This document shows positions 16,653-24,183 of a stretch of 24,183 nucleotides of DNA, one piece after another. The stretch is from Mycoplasmatota bacterium (GTDB taxonomy: Bacteria > Bacillota_I > Bacilli_A > RF39 > UBA660): positions 1-24,183 of the forward strand of contig JAAZHK010000063.1 in NCBI GenBank assembly GCA_012510745.1, written 5' to 3'. Each line of letters opens with the position of its first letter. Position 1 is the stretch's first letter. Made by a program: the position numbers and the translations under genes. Under the pieces are notes generated by a model. The model was not told the origin of the DNA, did not search any database, and was given only the letters and a program-made list of their open reading frames with translations.

Positions 16653-17358
16653 CAATCATATTTATCATTTTGTTGGCATCTAGACTAGCTGCACCAATTA
16701 AAAAACCATCTAAATTATTTACCTTTAATAACTTGTTAATATTATTAATATCTACACTACCACCATATAATACTCGTATGTTAACATCATACTTTTTTAA
16801 TATATAATTTTTTATAAAAGAAATCGTTTCTAATAATTCTTCATTTGTAGGAATTATATCAGTTCCTATTGACCAAATAGGTTCATAGGCTATAACAATG
16901 TTATTAAGATCCTCGTAACCAATTCCCATTAAAGCTTTGTCTATTTGTTTCGGTAAAATAGTTATTAATTTATTTAATGCTTTTTGTTCTCTGGACTCTC
17001 CTATACAAAGAATTATTTTTATCCCTGCATTTAGGGCACTTTTTATTTTTTTATTAATTAGAATATCATCTTCATTAAATTGAAAACGCCGATTATAATG
17101 ACCTATTATAACATAATTAATATTTAATGATTTTGCTTGAAAAGGAGTTACTTCGCCAGTTAAATTTTCTCCTGAAACATTTAAATTTTGGATACCGACT
17201 TTGAACCCTTTGCCTAGAAAATATGGTATATAAATACTTGTGGGACAAATAATTAATTCTACTTTATCAGAATTATATTTTTTAATTATCTCTAGATAAT
17301 TTTTAATATCATTAGCTAATAAATTATTTTTGTGATTACCTACTATCATTATTTTCAT
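16642..17358 (-). CDS. tpiA: Triosephosphate isomerase, divergent active-site motifs
   Basis: GNHK, TGEV, IIGH..RR, LCIGE, AYEPIWSIGT, LYGGSV, FLIGAASL. Catalytic Lys, His and Glu are present. Confidence 0.93.
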   Translation of the reverse strand: MKIMIVGNHKNNLLANDIKNYLEIIKKYNSDKVELIICPTSIYIPYFLGKGFKVGIQNLNVSGENLTGEVTPFQAKSLNINYVIIGHYNRRFQFNEDDILINKKIKSALNAGIKIILCIGESREQKALNKLITILPKQIDKALMGIGYEDLNNIVIAYEPIWSIGTDIIPTNEELLETISFIKNYILKKYDVNIRVLYGGSVDINNINKLLKVNNLDGFLIGAASLDANKMINMIEKI

Positions 17359-17362
17359 ATAA

Positions 17363-18586
17363 CTACCTTCTTATCGTTTCTATAATTTTTGATAAAAAAC
17401 CAAATCTTCCTTTTTTATTTCTAATAGCATGGCGATATACTCTTAATGCATTTGTTGCATAAGTTTTTGAACTATTTTCTTCAGCTGTAATTCTTGCTTG
17501 ATTTTTTAATTTATCATTTTTATTATCTTGATTATAATAAACGTCTTTAATAATCTTTTCACATTCTTTAGGGTCATTAAATAAGTACCCGTTTAAACCA
17601 TTAATAACTACTTTATTAAAGGCATCATCATTAATACATATTGGAATCTTTTCTGCTGCCATAGCTTCAATAACTGTTAATCCTTGAGTTTCGCTTGTTG
17701 ATGGAGTGATAAAAGCATCAGCTAAATGATAATATAAAGGGACTTCTTCCCAAGGGACAAAACCAGTAAATATAGTTTGTTTTTCTATTCCTATTTTTTT
17801 AGCATGTTTTATAAACTTTTCTTTATCAGGACCGTCTCCTACTATTAGTAATTTAATGTTTTTTATATCTTTATAAACATCTTTAATAATATTTAATAAA
17901 TAAATAACATTTTTTTCCTCAGCTAATCTTCCAACAAAAATTAAAACAAAATTTTGATCACTTAGATTATACTCTGTTTTTATCTTTTTTAATTTACTAA
18001 AATTAATGTTTTCTTTATAAAATCTCTCTACTTCAATACCTGTTGGTACGATATGAACGTTACGATTTACTTGATATTTTTCTTTAAATAAATCATAAGT
18101 CTTTTTAGTTGGAACAATTAATTCTGTTGCTGTTTTATCACAATAAAATAAAGTTAGATATTCTACTATTTTGCGACTTGAATGATTAAAGTAACCTCGA
18201 GTAACATAGTGAACATAATCTTCATACATTGTATGATAAGTGTGTACAAGTGGAATATTAAATTGTTTAGCAACGATTCTTGCAAAAGTTCCTACTCCAA
18301 ATTCAGTATGTGAATGAATAACATCTAATCGCCATTTTTTAATCGTTTTTAATAATCTTATCGGATATACTTTTGTTAAACGATATCCATATATCCAAGT
18401 TTTAATACCTGGAATTCTAATTACTTTATTATTTTCTTCAAAACAATATTTATGATTATCATCATTAGAAGTAACTAAAAAAACCTGATGTCCCTCTTTT
18501 TCTAAAGCTTTCTTTAACATAGAAACGCTTGTAGAAACACCGTTTATATAAGGTGGGTATGTATCTGTAAATAAACCTATACGCAT
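17363..18586 (-). CDS. GT4 glycosyltransferase, monoglycosyldiacylglycerol synthase-like
   Basis: Start placed at ATG 18586 (RBS AAGGAG). MRIGLFTDTYPP..NGVSTS, IHSHTEFGVG, HTYHTMYEDY, FVGRLAEEKN, SETQGLTVIEAMA. Confidence 0.88.
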   Translation of the reverse strand: MRIGLFTDTYPPYINGVSTSVSMLKKALEKEGHQVFLVTSNDDNHKYCFEENNKVIRIPGIKTWIYGYRLTKVYPIRLLKTIKKWRLDVIHSHTEFGVGTFARIVAKQFNIPLVHTYHTMYEDYVHYVTRGYFNHSSRKIVEYLTLFYCDKTATELIVPTKKTYDLFKEKYQVNRNVHIVPTGIEVERFYKENINFSKLKKIKTEYNLSDQNFVLIFVGRLAEEKNVIYLLNIIKDVYKDIKNIKLLIVGDGPDKEKFIKHAKKIGIEKQTIFTGFVPWEEVPLYYHLADAFITPSTSETQGLTVIEAMAAEKIPICINDDAFNKVVINGLNGYLFNDPKECEKIIKDVYYNQDNKNDKLKNQARITAEENSSKTYATNALRVYRHAIRNKKGRFGFLSKIIETIRR

Positions 18587-18599
18587 ATTCTTCTCCTTA

Positions 18600-19787
18600 T
18601 TAACTTTCAATCTTTTCAATTATTTCAATTCCTGGTAGTTTTTTTCCTTCAAGATATTCTAATGTGGCTCCTCCACCGGTACAAGCATGAGTAACTTTAT
18701 CTTTATAATCAAATTTATTAGCTGCAGCTACAATATCGCCTCCACCTAATACAACATGAGCATTAATATTAGCTATAACTTCTAATATCTTCTTAGTTCC
18801 TATTTCATATTTAGAAAATTCATACACTCCTAGAGGCCCGTTCCAAAAAACACTTTTAGCTGTATTTAATATTTGTTTAAATTGTTCTATAGTATTAGGA
18901 CCTATATCCATTCCCATTTCTTTAGGATCTATATTTTCAATACTTACAATACGATTAATTGTCGTGTTACTAAATTCTACTGTTACATTTAAATCAATAG
19001 GTAAAACTATTTTATCATTATATTCCTTTATTAATCTTTTAACATATGGAAGACTTTCTTTGTCTAATAATGAAGTTCCTATTTCATAACCTTTTGCTTT
19101 TAGAAAAGTATATGACATACCACCACCAATTAATATTAAATCAGCTTTTGGCAATAATTTATCAATAATTCCTATTTTATCTTTAATTTTTGCACCACCC
19201 AAAATAATAATAAAAGGTCTTTCAGGATTAGCAAAGTAAGACAGTGCTTTTAATTCTTTCTCTATTAAAAATCCGATTCCATTAGGTAACAAAGAGGGAA
19301 CTCCATAAGTTGATGCATGTGCTCGATGAATAGACCCAAAAGCATCGTTTATATAAATATCAGCAAGATTTGCCCAGTATTTAGATAATTCTAAATCATT
19401 TTTACTTTCTGCTTCATTATTTAAATCTTCAAATCTAGTATTTTCCATTAAAATAATTTCACCATTTTTCATTTTTTTAATAGCAGTTTCTAGTTTTAAA
19501 CCTCTTGTTTGAGGAATAAACAAAACTTTCTGATCTAATTTTTCACTAAGTTTAATACTAATTGATAATAAAGAATTATCTTGTTTATCACCTTCTTCTT
19601 TTATTCTACCTAGATGAGACATTAAAATTACTTTAGCTTGACGATCAATAGCATATCTAATAGTTTTTAAACTAGCGTCAATCCGTGTTTCATCTATTAT
19701 TTCACCATTAATAATAGGAACATTAAAATCACATCTTATTAAAACCTTTTTCCCTGTTAAATCATAATCTTTAATTGTTTTATTCAT
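18600..19787 (-). CDS. pgk: Phosphoglycerate kinase
   Basis: RCDFNVP, SHLGR, ENTRF, NDAFG..HRAHAS, GGAKI.DK, DIGP, FWNGP.GV.E, GGGD, TGGGATLEYLEGK. Confidence 0.97.
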   Translation of the reverse strand: MNKTIKDYDLTGKKVLIRCDFNVPIINGEIIDETRIDASLKTIRYAIDRQAKVILMSHLGRIKEEGDKQDNSLLSISIKLSEKLDQKVLFIPQTRGLKLETAIKKMKNGEIILMENTRFEDLNNEAESKNDLELSKYWANLADIYINDAFGSIHRAHASTYGVPSLLPNGIGFLIEKELKALSYFANPERPFIIILGGAKIKDKIGIIDKLLPKADLILIGGGMSYTFLKAKGYEIGTSLLDKESLPYVKRLIKEYNDKIVLPIDLNVTVEFSNTTINRIVSIENIDPKEMGMDIGPNTIEQFKQILNTAKSVFWNGPLGVYEFSKYEIGTKKILEVIANINAHVVLGGGDIVAAANKFDYKDKVTHACTGGGATLEYLEGKKLPGIEIIEKIES

Positions 19788-20760
19788 TTTTATTTTCCTT
19801 TCTTAAATATTGTTTAACACTTTCTTTTATAGCTTTTTTAGCATCTTCGGCTTTATATCTAAGCTTATCCATACTTATTTCTTTTTCTATATAAGTATAT
19901 CTAGATTGAAAATCAATATATTTAATTGGATTTAAAACTGATTCTAAACCATGATTTTTATGGTTTTTTAACTTCTTTTTCATACCAACTTTAGCCAATT
20001 TAGTTGGGATAGTGTAAATTTGTTGTTCTTGGATAGCCGTTTTACTAATTATATCAATTAGCTCTTCCCAAGTTATATTAGTTCCTGCTAAAGGATAACT
20101 ACAGCCGTTTTCTCCATATTTAAAAGCACCATAAATAGCTTTATTTAGTTGATTAGGGGTAATAAAGGTCGAACCTCCTTTGGGTAAAAAAATAGCTTGT
20201 GATAATAATGTTTCTTCAATTATATAACTATTAGTCTTTTCCATTACAGGACCTTTACCAAATAAATGTGGTATTTCTAAATTAACAATCTCTATTTCAT
20301 TTTTATATTTTAATATAAGATTTAATTGTTCATTTCTAACTTTAATTAAAGGGTGATGTTTACTTAATTTTAATTTAGGCAGAGTTTTATCAAAATAAGT
20401 ATAAAAACTACCTAGGAAAACAATTTTTTTTATACCTGCTCGTTTTGCTATTTCAATAAATCTCCTTGTTTGTTCAACAATCTCAATTCGAAGACTATTA
20501 ATAACTGGTTTTTTTAAAGTTTTATTATAATCAATGCTGTCTCCATATAATAAATAATCATAATCTTTAAAAAGCGAAATTAGCTTACCATCATTAGCAT
20601 TTTTAAAATCAACTGTTTCTATTTCAATATTGGAAAAATCTTTATATAAATTTCTATTTATTGTGTTAGTTAATATTTTAACTTTCCATTTTTTATTGAT
20701 TAAAAACTTAGTTATATGATATGTTATAAAATTATTTTCATCGATTATTACTACCCTCAT
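19780..20760 (-). CDS. NAD-dependent epimerase/dehydratase (extended SDR)-like protein with degenerate motifs
   Basis: Start placed at ATG 20760 (RBS AGGAG). Family-like segments AKRAGIKKIVFLGSFY, LEIPHLFG, PKGGSTF, YPLAGTNITW. The stop overlaps the pgk start by 8 nt. Confidence 0.78.
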   Translation of the reverse strand: MRVVIIDENNFITYHITKFLINKKWKVKILTNTINRNLYKDFSNIEIETVDFKNANDGKLISLFKDYDYLLYGDSIDYNKTLKKPVINSLRIEIVEQTRRFIEIAKRAGIKKIVFLGSFYTYFDKTLPKLKLSKHHPLIKVRNEQLNLILKYKNEIEIVNLEIPHLFGKGPVMEKTNSYIIEETLLSQAIFLPKGGSTFITPNQLNKAIYGAFKYGENGCSYPLAGTNITWEELIDIISKTAIQEQQIYTIPTKLAKVGMKKKLKNHKNHGLESVLNPIKYIDFQSRYTYIEKEISMDKLRYKAEDAKKAIKESVKQYLRKENKNE

Positions 20761-20792
20761 GTTTCTCCTCTTCTCCATATATCCTTTAACTA

Positions 20793-20801
20793 ATTATAGC
20801 A
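20793..20801 (-). promoter_or_regulatory. Extended -10 element (TGCTATAAT) upstream of the SDR-like gene, pgk, GT4 gene and tpiA
   Basis: TGnTATAAT in the 65-nt gap. Confidence 0.55.
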
Positions 20802-20825
20802 TTTTTTATAAATAAAAACACCTAA

Positions 20826-21554
20826 TCATAGGTTGTTTTCTGTTAAATTATTATAATAATCTTTTATTATTTTAGGATGGAGCGTAATTATATACATATC
20901 ATCAATAATATTTGCTGTGTATATTTTAAAATATTCTGTCAATTCATCTTTATTTTGAATAAGGTTTGTCATTACTTCTTTTTTATTTAATAATCTATCT
21001 TTAATAAAATCTACTGGTACGGTATTAGTATCAATTACATAAAAATCATAATCTTCGCTCCATTCTTCTACATTATTATTTGTCATCTTCAAACCTATTT
21101 TAGCATTTATAGAATCTTTTTTAAGTAAATCAAGCATTTTTTTATTTGAACTTAAAACATATATATTATCTGTTGGATGATTATTTATTATTTGTTTTAA
21201 AACCTCTATATATCGTTCTTTATTTTTTGATTCATCTATTAAATTTAATATTATTATTTGTTTATTATCTTGATACACTTCTAAAACTTGATTTAATGTA
21301 TTAATATAATGGCTTTTTACTTTGGTACCTATATTATACTTTTTTAATAACTCATAACTACAATTAGAGATTGGTCCAAAACTGGAAGGTAATTTTACAT
21401 CTGATTTAACTATTACTAAATTATTATCAGTTGTTAAATAAGTATCTAATTTGATACCTGCTAAATATAAACATTTTGCTGATAATTCAATTGAATCCAT
21501 AGTACTAGCAGGTACATTTCTAGTGGATAAACCATCTTCAGCAATATATTTCAT
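20826..21554 (-). CDS. Glycerophosphodiester phosphodiesterase (GDPD)-like protein lacking catalytic residues
   Basis: Spacing pattern IA..G...P.ST..S...GI.LD..LT.D..LV....I..L..L..G...I.TL.QVLE follows the GDPD N-terminus. RBS GAGGTG. Confidence 0.75.
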   Translation of the reverse strand: MKYIAEDGLSTRNVPASTMDSIELSAKCLYLAGIKLDTYLTTDNNLVIVKSDVKLPSSFGPISNCSYELLKKYNIGTKVKSHYINTLNQVLEVYQDNKQIIILNLIDESKNKERYIEVLKQIINNHPTDNIYVLSSNKKMLDLLKKDSINAKIGLKMTNNNVEEWSEDYDFYVIDTNTVPVDFIKDRLLNKKEVMTNLIQNKDELTEYFKIYTANIIDDMYIITLHPKIIKDYYNNLTENNL

Positions 21555-21600
21555 GTATACACCTCTTTTAATTATATGTTTCTATATAATTAAAATTATT

Positions 21601-21629
21601 AAAATAAACATCTTGAAGATGTTTATTTT
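21601..21629 (-). terminator. Intrinsic terminator after gap
   Basis: 14-bp perfect inverted repeat AAAATAAACATCTT-G-AAGATGTTTATTTT containing the stop at 21623-21625. Confidence 0.75.
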
Positions 21630-22627
21630 TTCATTAAATATTTTGCGGTTCTAACCATTTGATGGCTATAGCCCATTTCGTTATCATACCATGCGACTAT
21701 TTTTACTAACTGTTTATTATCAACTTCTAAAACTTCTGTTAATAATCCATCTACTAAAGCTCCACAGCTTGATCCTATAATATCGCTAGATACTATTGGG
21801 TCTGTAGTAAATGTAAGGGTATCATTACTTTTATTTATAAATAGATTATTTATTATTTCTTTAGTAGTCTTTTGATTTAATTCAAGAACTAAATCTATAA
21901 CTGAACCAGTTGATACAGGTACTCTCATTGCTGTACCTGTCAATTTCCCGGATAAACTAGGTATAACTAATCCTATTGCGCTTGCAGCTCCAGTTGATGT
22001 TGGTATAATATTTTCAGCTGCTGCTCGTCCTCTACGAGAGTCAATACCTTTTTTATGTGGAATATCTAAGGTTACTTGATCGTTAGTATAAGCGTGAATG
22101 GTTGTCATAAAACCTTTTTCTATTTTAAAAGAATCATTTATTACTTTTAAAACTGGTGCTAAACAATTAGTAGTACAGCTAGCAGCTGAAATTATCTCTT
22201 CTTCTCCTGTTAATATTTCTTCATTAACATTATAAACGATTGTTTTTAAATCGCCTTTAGCAGGGGCTGATATAATTACCTTTTTAGCTCCAGCTTTAAT
22301 ATGAGCAGAAGCTTTTTCCTTATCTGTAAAAACTCCTGTACATTCAAAAACAATATCAATATCCAAATCTTTCCAAGGTAGCAGATTAGGATCTTTTTCA
22401 CTATAAATCTTAATTTTTTTATTGTCAATAATTATATAATTATCTTCAAAAGAAATACTATCAACTTTGTAATTACGATAATTTGTGTCATACTTTAACA
22501 AATACGCTAATTGTTCAGCATCTGTTAAATCATTTATTGCAACTATTTCAAAATCTTGATCACTATCCATAATTCTGAACACAAGTCTCCCAATTCTTCC
22601 AAATCCATTAATGGCTACTTTTATCAT
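21623..22627 (-). CDS. gap: Type I glyceraldehyde-3-phosphate dehydrogenase
   Basis: INGFGRIGR, INDL, ECTG, catalytic ASCTTNCLAP, HAYTNDQ, IIPTSTGAA, WYDNE. RBS AAGGAGG. Confidence 0.97.
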   Translation of the reverse strand: MIKVAINGFGRIGRLVFRIMDSDQDFEIVAINDLTDAEQLAYLLKYDTNYRNYKVDSISFEDNYIIIDNKKIKIYSEKDPNLLPWKDLDIDIVFECTGVFTDKEKASAHIKAGAKKVIISAPAKGDLKTIVYNVNEEILTGEEEIISAASCTTNCLAPVLKVINDSFKIEKGFMTTIHAYTNDQVTLDIPHKKGIDSRRGRAAAENIIPTSTGAASAIGLVIPSLSGKLTGTAMRVPVSTGSVIDLVLELNQKTTKEIINNLFINKSNDTLTFTTDPIVSSDIIGSSCGALVDGLLTEVLEVDNKQLVKIVAWYDNEMGYSHQMVRTAKYLMKK

Positions 22628-22643
22628 ATTTTCCTCCTTTTTA

Positions 22644-22672
22644 ATTGTAACAATTTATTTTATTTAAAACAA
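22644..22672 (-). promoter_or_regulatory. Candidate gap promoter TTGTTT-N17-TACAAT with extended -10 TG
   Basis: -10 TACAAT at 22649-22644 preceded by TGT; -35 TTGTTT at 22672-22667 inside the udk 3' end. Confidence 0.4.
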
Positions 22673-24183
22673 CTCCCACCAATAAACTCTCTTAAAATAG
22701 AATCATCTGGTATAGATTCTGATGGAATGGTTAAAAATAATTGTAAAAATTTTAATAATCTTACTACATCATTATAATGCGGTGAATCCGATTTTACAGA
22801 ATATAATAAAGGTTCCGCATATGTTCTTAATACACCTAGTTCATATATTAAAGCCGAATTAATAGTAGCATCAGCCTCATCTTGGTATGGAAAAACAAAC
22901 TGTTCTTCTCCTATTCTTACTTCTTGCCATTGCTCTAATGTCTGTTCTATACTCGTACCTCTAGTTTTATTATCTCTTACTATTCTTCTAAGTAATCTAT
23001 TATCAGTAGTAGAAATACGATTGTGTTTATCAATCTTTAATTCTGTTAAGGCTGAAATATATATTTTATATTTTTTACTTTGATCTATATTATTTAATAT
23101 ATCATTATTTAAACCATGTATACCTTCAATAATTAAAAAATCATTTTCTTGTAGTTTTAAAGCTTTTTTAAAAGATTTTTCCCCTGTTACAAAATTAAAA
23201 ATTGGGGCGATGACTTCTTCTCCATCTAATAATCTTTTAATTTGTTCATCAAATAATTTTAAATCTAATGCATAAATACTTTCAAAATCTAATTCGCCTT
23301 TTTCATTTCTTGGTTTATCTTTATGATCTAAGAAAAAATCATCCATAGATAACATAACTGGATTTAAACCAAAACTTCTAAGATACATGCTCAATTTATT
23401 ACATGTTGTTGTTTTTCCTGAAGAAGAAGGTCCAGCAACTAAAATAATTTTAACTTTATTCTTTCTACTGAAAATATCTCTTGCGATTTCTAACAAACGC
23501 ATACTTTGTAAAGTCTCATCTATCCTAATTAAATCTTCTATGTTACCTTTAGATACTATTTCATTTAATTGGGTAACATTTTCAATATTCATAATTTTAG
23601 CCCATGTATAATATTCTCTAAATATTTCAAATATTTGTGGATGATGTTGATATTTTTTGATTTTACCACCACTATATTTAGTTGGAAAAGTTAAAATTAA
23701 ACCGTTAGAATTTAAATAAGTTAAATTAAAATGACCTAAACACTCAGTATTAATAGGCATCAATGAATAAAAATAATTATATAAATATCCCAAACGATAT
23801 AAATTAATATTAGAACTGCTATTGTATTTCATAATGCCTTTTTTTGCATCATCATCCATTCTTTTAAAATAATCAATAGCGTCTAATCTATTAATAGTTA
23901 CTTTAGTAATATCCATGCGACTATTTATAACTTCTTGCATTTTTTCTTTTAATAAAGTAACACTATTTTCATCTATTTCAATATTTGTTTCAATATAAAG
24001 ACCTTTATCAATAGCATGTTCTACTTTAATATCAGCTTTTTCGCCAAATAATTCCTTAAAAGAATAAATTGTTAAATATATTAATCCGCTTACATAAACT
24101 TTATTAGTATAACTATCTAACAAATCAAAAAAATCTATATTACAAGGTTTAGTAATAACCTCATTTAATTCTTGATAAATACC
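22660..24183 (-). CDS. udk: Uridine/nucleoside kinase with N-terminal ThrRS-like domain (5' end outside the window)
   Basis: The frame stays open from 24123 to 24183 (GIYQELNEVITKPCNIDFFDL), so the track's TTG start is internal. P-loop AGPSSSGKTT, SMDDFF, IIEGIHGLN, RLLRRIVRD, VFPYQDEAD, LREFIGGS. Confidence 0.9.
   Translation of the reverse strand, partial: GIYQELNEVITKPCNIDFFDLLDSYTNKVYVSGLIYLTIYSFKELFGEKADIKVEHAIDKGLYIETNIEIDENSVTLLKEKMQEVINSRMDITKVTINRLDAIDYFKRMDDDAKKGIMKYNSSSNINLYRLGYLYNYFYSLMPINTECLGHFNLTYLNSNGLILTFPTKYSGGKIKKYQHHPQIFEIFREYYTWAKIMNIENVTQLNEIVSKGNIEDLIRIDETLQSMRLLEIARDIFSRKNKVKIILVAGPSSSGKTTTCNKLSMYLRSFGLNPVMLSMDDFFLDHKDKPRNEKGELDFESIYALDLKLFDEQIKRLLDGEEVIAPIFNFVTGEKSFKKALKLQENDFLIIEGIHGLNNDILNNIDQSKKYKIYISALTELKIDKHNRISTTDNRLLRRIVRDNKTRGTSIEQTLEQWQEVRIGEEQFVFPYQDEADATINSALIYELGVLRTYAEPLLYSVKSDSPHYNDVVRLLKFLQLFLTIPSESIPDDSILREFIGGSCFK

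Noticed and set aside
4019-20778. Longer starts in the ORF track for yuzA (4019), cdaR (5664), spo0A (16535), GT4 (18619) and SDR (20778)
   Set aside because: Downstream ATGs have properly spaced RBSs and match family N-termini.
8433-21554. Calling the degenerate kinase, ATPase, SDR and GDPD genes pseudogenes
   Set aside because: No frameshifts, internal stops or truncations, and RBSs and promoters are intact. They are kept as CDS and reported as possible pseudoenzymes.
852-23611. Plus-strand ORFs 852-1049, 3807-4022, 4484-4741, 9031-9348, 9502-9810, 16622-16807, 21451-21654, 22556-22777 and 23387-23611
   Set aside because: All lie antisense to well-supported genes, lack convincing RBSs and show the Ile/Phe/Ser-rich composition of shadow ORFs in AT-rich DNA.
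1-24183. Mollicute-type genetic code 4 (TGA = Trp)
   Set aside because: Long conserved ORFs are uninterrupted under code 11, inspected Trp codons are TGG, and TGA ends dxs and tpiA at family-typical lengths.
1-24183. CRISPR arrays, tRNA/rRNA, IS elements, integrases, tandem repeats
   Set aside because: No periodic repeats, GC-rich structured RNA blocks, transposase or integrase motifs, or terminal inverted repeats were seen by eye. Riboswitches or sRNAs would need an Infernal/Rfam search, but intergenic gaps are short.

Overview
A very AT-rich (roughly 25% GC by eye), gene-dense chromosomal segment. It uses genetic code 11 (Trp is TGG; TGA acts as a stop, e.g. dxs and tpiA). 21 of 22 CDS are on the minus strand. 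Gene content points to a low-GC Bacilli-type Firmicute, possibly an uncultured reduced-genome RF39-like lineage; this is an inference, not tested. In coordinate order: partial FtsX-type permease and its ABC ATPase, CtpA-type S41 protease, a membrane-anchored hypothetical, the sporulation-associated genes ssdC(ydcC) and yuzA (divergent), cdaR-cdaA, dxs, a 7TM hybrid histidine-kinase-like protein, a stand-alone adenylate-forming enzyme, cdd, gpmI, an AAA_14/DUF4143 protein, spo0A, tpiA, a GT4 glycolipid synthase, pgk, an SDR-like protein, a GDPD-like protein, gap and a partial uridine kinase. No tRNA, rRNA, CRISPR array or mobile element was seen. The main signal is four full-length, uninterrupted ORFs that have lost their family's catalytic motifs: kinase H-box and G2 box; Walker B plus nuclease motif; Rossmann motif plus catalytic Tyr; GDPD His, Arg and Glu. 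Three of them, together with spo0A, are interleaved in a gap-pgk-tpiA-gpmI series that keeps the canonical order, and TpiA itself carries unusual active-site substitutions. All eight terminator hairpins found overlap the stop codon of their gene. Family and motif comparisons are from recalled consensus sequences, not from database searches.
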